A stretch of 64,000 nucleotides of DNA from IMG/VR virus record IMGVR_UViG_3300015264_000026. One strand, given 5' to 3'. This document shows, in pieces, positions 61,843 to 64,000 of this stretch. This DNA is from an uncultured virus (IMG/VR IMGVR_UViG_3300015264_000026). Lineage: Duplodnaviria > Heunggongvirae > Uroviricota > Caudoviricetes. The notes under the pieces are model-generated. The model was not told the origin of the DNA. It was given only the letters and a program-made list of their open reading frames with translations, and made no database searches. The stretch's first letter is position 1; each line of letters starts with the position of its first letter. The translations under genes and the position numbers were made by a program.

Positions 61843-62229
61843 TTAGCGCCACGTTCCGGGGAGGCGTTCATGTTCTCCCCGTCCGCAACAATTATGCCCA
61901 CAAGAGGAGCATACTGGTTGCCGCTCTAGGGAATGAGAGTGCGGCAAATCGATATATTCCTCACGACAGCGCGCGGCCCTAACCTCAAACCAACCTAGTG
62001 CCGCTCTTAGGGACGCCAACGCGTGTTCCGTCTCGGCGCAGGAGCCCTGATTGTTCAAGTATGCGGTCCGATCGATCAATATCCGCAGTAGTTCTTGGCA
62101 GATTATGCCCGGCTGCGGATCGCCCGTGTTTCCGGGATATTTCGCCCCCCGGTTTTTGACAAACTGAATTCTCTGCGCATTGCCGATGCCTTCGGCCAGA
62201 TAACCATGGCCAGGATCAATAATCTTCAT
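61843..62229 (-). CDS. Tad1/Acb2-like helical hairpin protein (candidate immune-signal sponge)
   Basis: GHGY...IQFVK...QPGIICQELLRILIDR..YL....SCAE..HALASLRAALGWFEVR resembles Tad1 as recalled. Confidence 0.6.
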   Translation of the reverse strand: MKIIDPGHGYLAEGIGNAQRIQFVKNRGAKYPGNTGDPQPGIICQELLRILIDRTAYLNNQGSCAETEHALASLRAALGWFEVRAARCREEYIDLPHSHSLERQPVCSSCGHNCCGRGEHERLPGTWR

Positions 62230-62473
62230 CCCCGTTCTCCCATCTCACCCACCACCTTCAGGATCAAGCGCGCGCGGTTGTTCTGGCGGATGATTTAGTT
62301 CATGCGAGAATTCGCCAAGCAGATCGTGTTTCATCAACACGCGCATTGCCGCCTCAACGATCATGCTGCGGGCCACCATTGTAGAGATAGCGGCCCTCGC
62401 CTGCTTGGCCCCCCCCCCCAATCTCGCGAATTTCTGCCTCGGCTGCCGCCGCTCGGTAATCGTGCCGGCTCAA
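62226..62473 (-). pseudogene. Small gene out of frame at a G11 tract (62409-62419)
   Basis: TTGA overlap start; G10 instead of G11 opens AKQARAAISTMVARSMIVEAAMRVLMKHDLLGEF. Confidence 0.5.
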
Positions 62474-62739
62474 GATTGCACCGGAGGTGCGGGAGCGGGC
62501 AACCAAAACTCAAAATCGCTATATGCCCAATCGTCGAAATTATCTCCGCTTGGAAGTCTCATAACGCCATCATCATCCCAACAAAGATAATGGGCCTCGA
62601 ACCAGCTTGAGCCGTTCGTGTGGCTGACGTGCAGCCCGTAGAAACGGAAATCTCCGTCATTTAGCGCCGTCAAGATCGGCATCCATCCGTGAACGTCGGT
62701 GGATGGGACGGGGCGCTCATTTGCAATATTTGAGTTCAT
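62470..62739 (-). CDS. Hypothetical phage protein
   Basis: GWMPILTA...WLPAPAPP pattern. Confidence 0.7.
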   Translation of the reverse strand: MNSNIANERPVPSTDVHGWMPILTALNDGDFRFYGLHVSHTNGSSWFEAHYLCWDDDGVMRLPSGDNFDDWAYSDFEFWLPAPAPPVQS

Positions 62740-63173
62740 TGGATGTTGCTTTCTGGCTTGATCTGTCCAGACGGCAAAATAAGCACTACGACTCTACCTT
62801 GTTTGCGTGCGTAGCGAACCGTGTACCAAGTGCCGCCGCGAGGCTGCTCATTGCGCTCGGCTGGGGTTGCGATCAGCGCGATCGTTTCGCGCACAATAAC
62901 CCGGTTTCGCTCCAGATAGGGTCGCTCTGGTCTCATGAGATGGCGTGGCACCTCGCGCCAAGCCCGCCTTGAATAGTTTGTCGGCGGATGTATGATGACG
63001 CCATAGCCACATTCATCGGCGATATCGTGTGCTTGGGAATCGGCCCCGACGCAATCACCATGATGAAGTTCGCCAGAACCGCCCCGCAAGAAATCTCGCA
63101 GAGCGACCTTCTGGGCATCTGTCATTCCGTCTTGCGTTCCGGTAAAGCCGAAGCGATAGCCGCCGTCGCTCAT
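62736..63173 (-). CDS. Stand-alone SLOG-superfamily (YspA/DprA-like) nucleotide-binding protein
   Basis: FGFTGTQ.GM, LHHGDCVGAD..AH, YLERNRVIV, GGTWYTVRYA. Confidence 0.8.
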   Translation of the reverse strand: MSDGGYRFGFTGTQDGMTDAQKVALRDFLRGGSGELHHGDCVGADSQAHDIADECGYGVIIHPPTNYSRRAWREVPRHLMRPERPYLERNRVIVRETIALIATPAERNEQPRGGTWYTVRYARKQGRVVVLILPSGQIKPESNIQ

Positions 63174-63271
63174 CTCAAATCCTCCATAGCGGTCCGCCGG
63201 GACGGCTTACGAGAGCCAAACTTCGAAACATGAACTGCGGGTCCGGCGCAGTCGTGAGGCTCATACCGCAT

Positions 63272-63744
63272 TCAAATTGTTGCTCGCTTAGCCATCTTGC
63301 GTTCGCGCTTGTCTTTTGCCGCGATGATCGTCGCGAGGTCGCTAGCCAAAGGTGATGATCGCCGTGATCGCAGGCCACCCCACGCCTTCTGAATTTCTTC
63401 AATGGTGCACGGACGACCAATACGCTCAATAACTTTGTACAAGGTTTCTTCAAAGTCCACACGGACGCCGTGCAGACGCGGCTGACTCCTTTTATCGGTT
63501 GCGGGGAGACGCACGAGGGTACTATTTTCTCCCACGCGAGACGCGCCTTAGGGTCGTGCGGCGCAAGCTTGATGCGCTTCAAAATATCCATTTCTAGCGC
63601 GCCAGTCCGGACACCCTTTTTGATACAACGGTCCATTCTAGAGCGCTGCCGATGATCGTAGCACAGCCTGAACGGTGCGGCCTCCTTACCGCAGAGCGGA
63701 CATTGGCCGGCAAGAATGCGCTGCTGTTGGATTGGCGTTTTCAT
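63272..63744 (-). pseudogene. Zinc-finger protein split by a frameshift near 63525
   Basis: N-half CPLCG...LCYDH...LAWEK; C-half STLVRLPATDKRSQPRL in the -1 frame; one extra A in the A4 run joins them. Confidence 0.6.
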
Positions 63745-63750
63745 CAGATT

Positions 63751-63790
63751 ACCATACCGATTTGCCAGCGATAGTCAATCGTCGGTTGAC
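63751..63790 (-). promoter_or_regulatory. Operator GTCAATCGTCGGTTGAC (63774-63790) with leftward promoter TTGACT-16-TATGGT
   Basis: Same palindrome; -10 ends 6 nt before ATG 63744. Confidence 0.8.
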
Positions 63791-63792
63791 GG

Positions 63793-63987
63793 CTAAGGCT
63801 GATTATTCGTCAATTCTCGCGGCCTGCCATCGAGCGGAGGCGGATCGTCATCCTCGTTTGGGTGCAGTGCAATGACAGGGCGAATCGGCGATGTTGGCCG
63901 CAATGGGTTCTCGTTCCGCAGAGAAATTCTAGGCGCTGAATATCCACCATGGGCAGGTTTGATATAATAAAAGCGGTTTTCGGCCAT
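63793..63987 (-). CDS. Hypothetical protein
   Basis: 64 aa ORF ending just before the operator; upstream context cut by window edge. Confidence 0.45.
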   Translation of the reverse strand: MAENRFYYIKPAHGGYSAPRISLRNENPLRPTSPIRPVIALHPNEDDDPPPLDGRPRELTNNQP

Positions 63988-64000
63988 AACAGTCTCAAGA

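Larger units (their letters stand above)
1..64000. mobile_element. Tailed phage/prophage genome segment, podovirus-like
   Basis: TerS, TerL, portal, major capsid, tail/ejection proteins, endolysin and phage replication/recombination genes in modular order; no host housekeeping operons; tight ATGA gene overlaps. Confidence 0.97.

Noticed and set aside
1..64000. CRISPR array, tRNA, integrase/att site, reverse transcriptase or DGR, hammerhead ribozyme
   Set aside because: None recognised by eye. The operator copies are dispersed rather than regularly spaced, so they are not an array. Lifestyle cannot be fixed from this window.

Overview
The whole window is one tailed dsDNA phage or prophage with a podovirus-like (P22/T7-style short tail, ejection proteins, no tape measure) layout. 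The host is probably an alphaproteobacterium, a weak inference from promoter style and gene families. Left to right: (1) a leftward recombination arm (RecT running off the left edge, DEDDh exonuclease, DUF968/HNH-like), 1-5456; (2) a divergent control region and Cro-like HTH gene; (3) rightward DNA metabolism (RusA, beta clamp, DNA methyltransferase, a ~450-nt structured non-coding RNA candidate, DnaB, a C-terminal-domain-only replication protein), 5553-13057; (4) many small early genes, 13268-19357; (5) packaging and head genes (TerS, intein-containing TerL, accessory inserts, portal, GroES-like, scaffold, glycosyltransferase, major capsid); (6) head completion, tail/fibre and ejection proteins with an HNH insert, 37371-55339; (7) lysis (amidase-SH3 endolysin, membrane/lipoproteins, permuted papain-like protein), 55443-60083; (8) a convergent leftward arm with candidate anti-defence genes (Tad1/Acb2-like, SLOG), 60054-64000. 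No integrase, cI, DNA polymerase, tRNA or CRISPR array was recognised. Main unexplained signals: seven GTCAA-N7-TTGAC operator/promoter palindromes, the structured RNA beside a truncated initiator, an AxGGxV peptide motif shared by five late proteins, a Tad1-like sponge near a stand-alone SLOG protein, an ATC start codon, and several frameshifted genes. All product calls come from motif recognition by eye; no database search was run.
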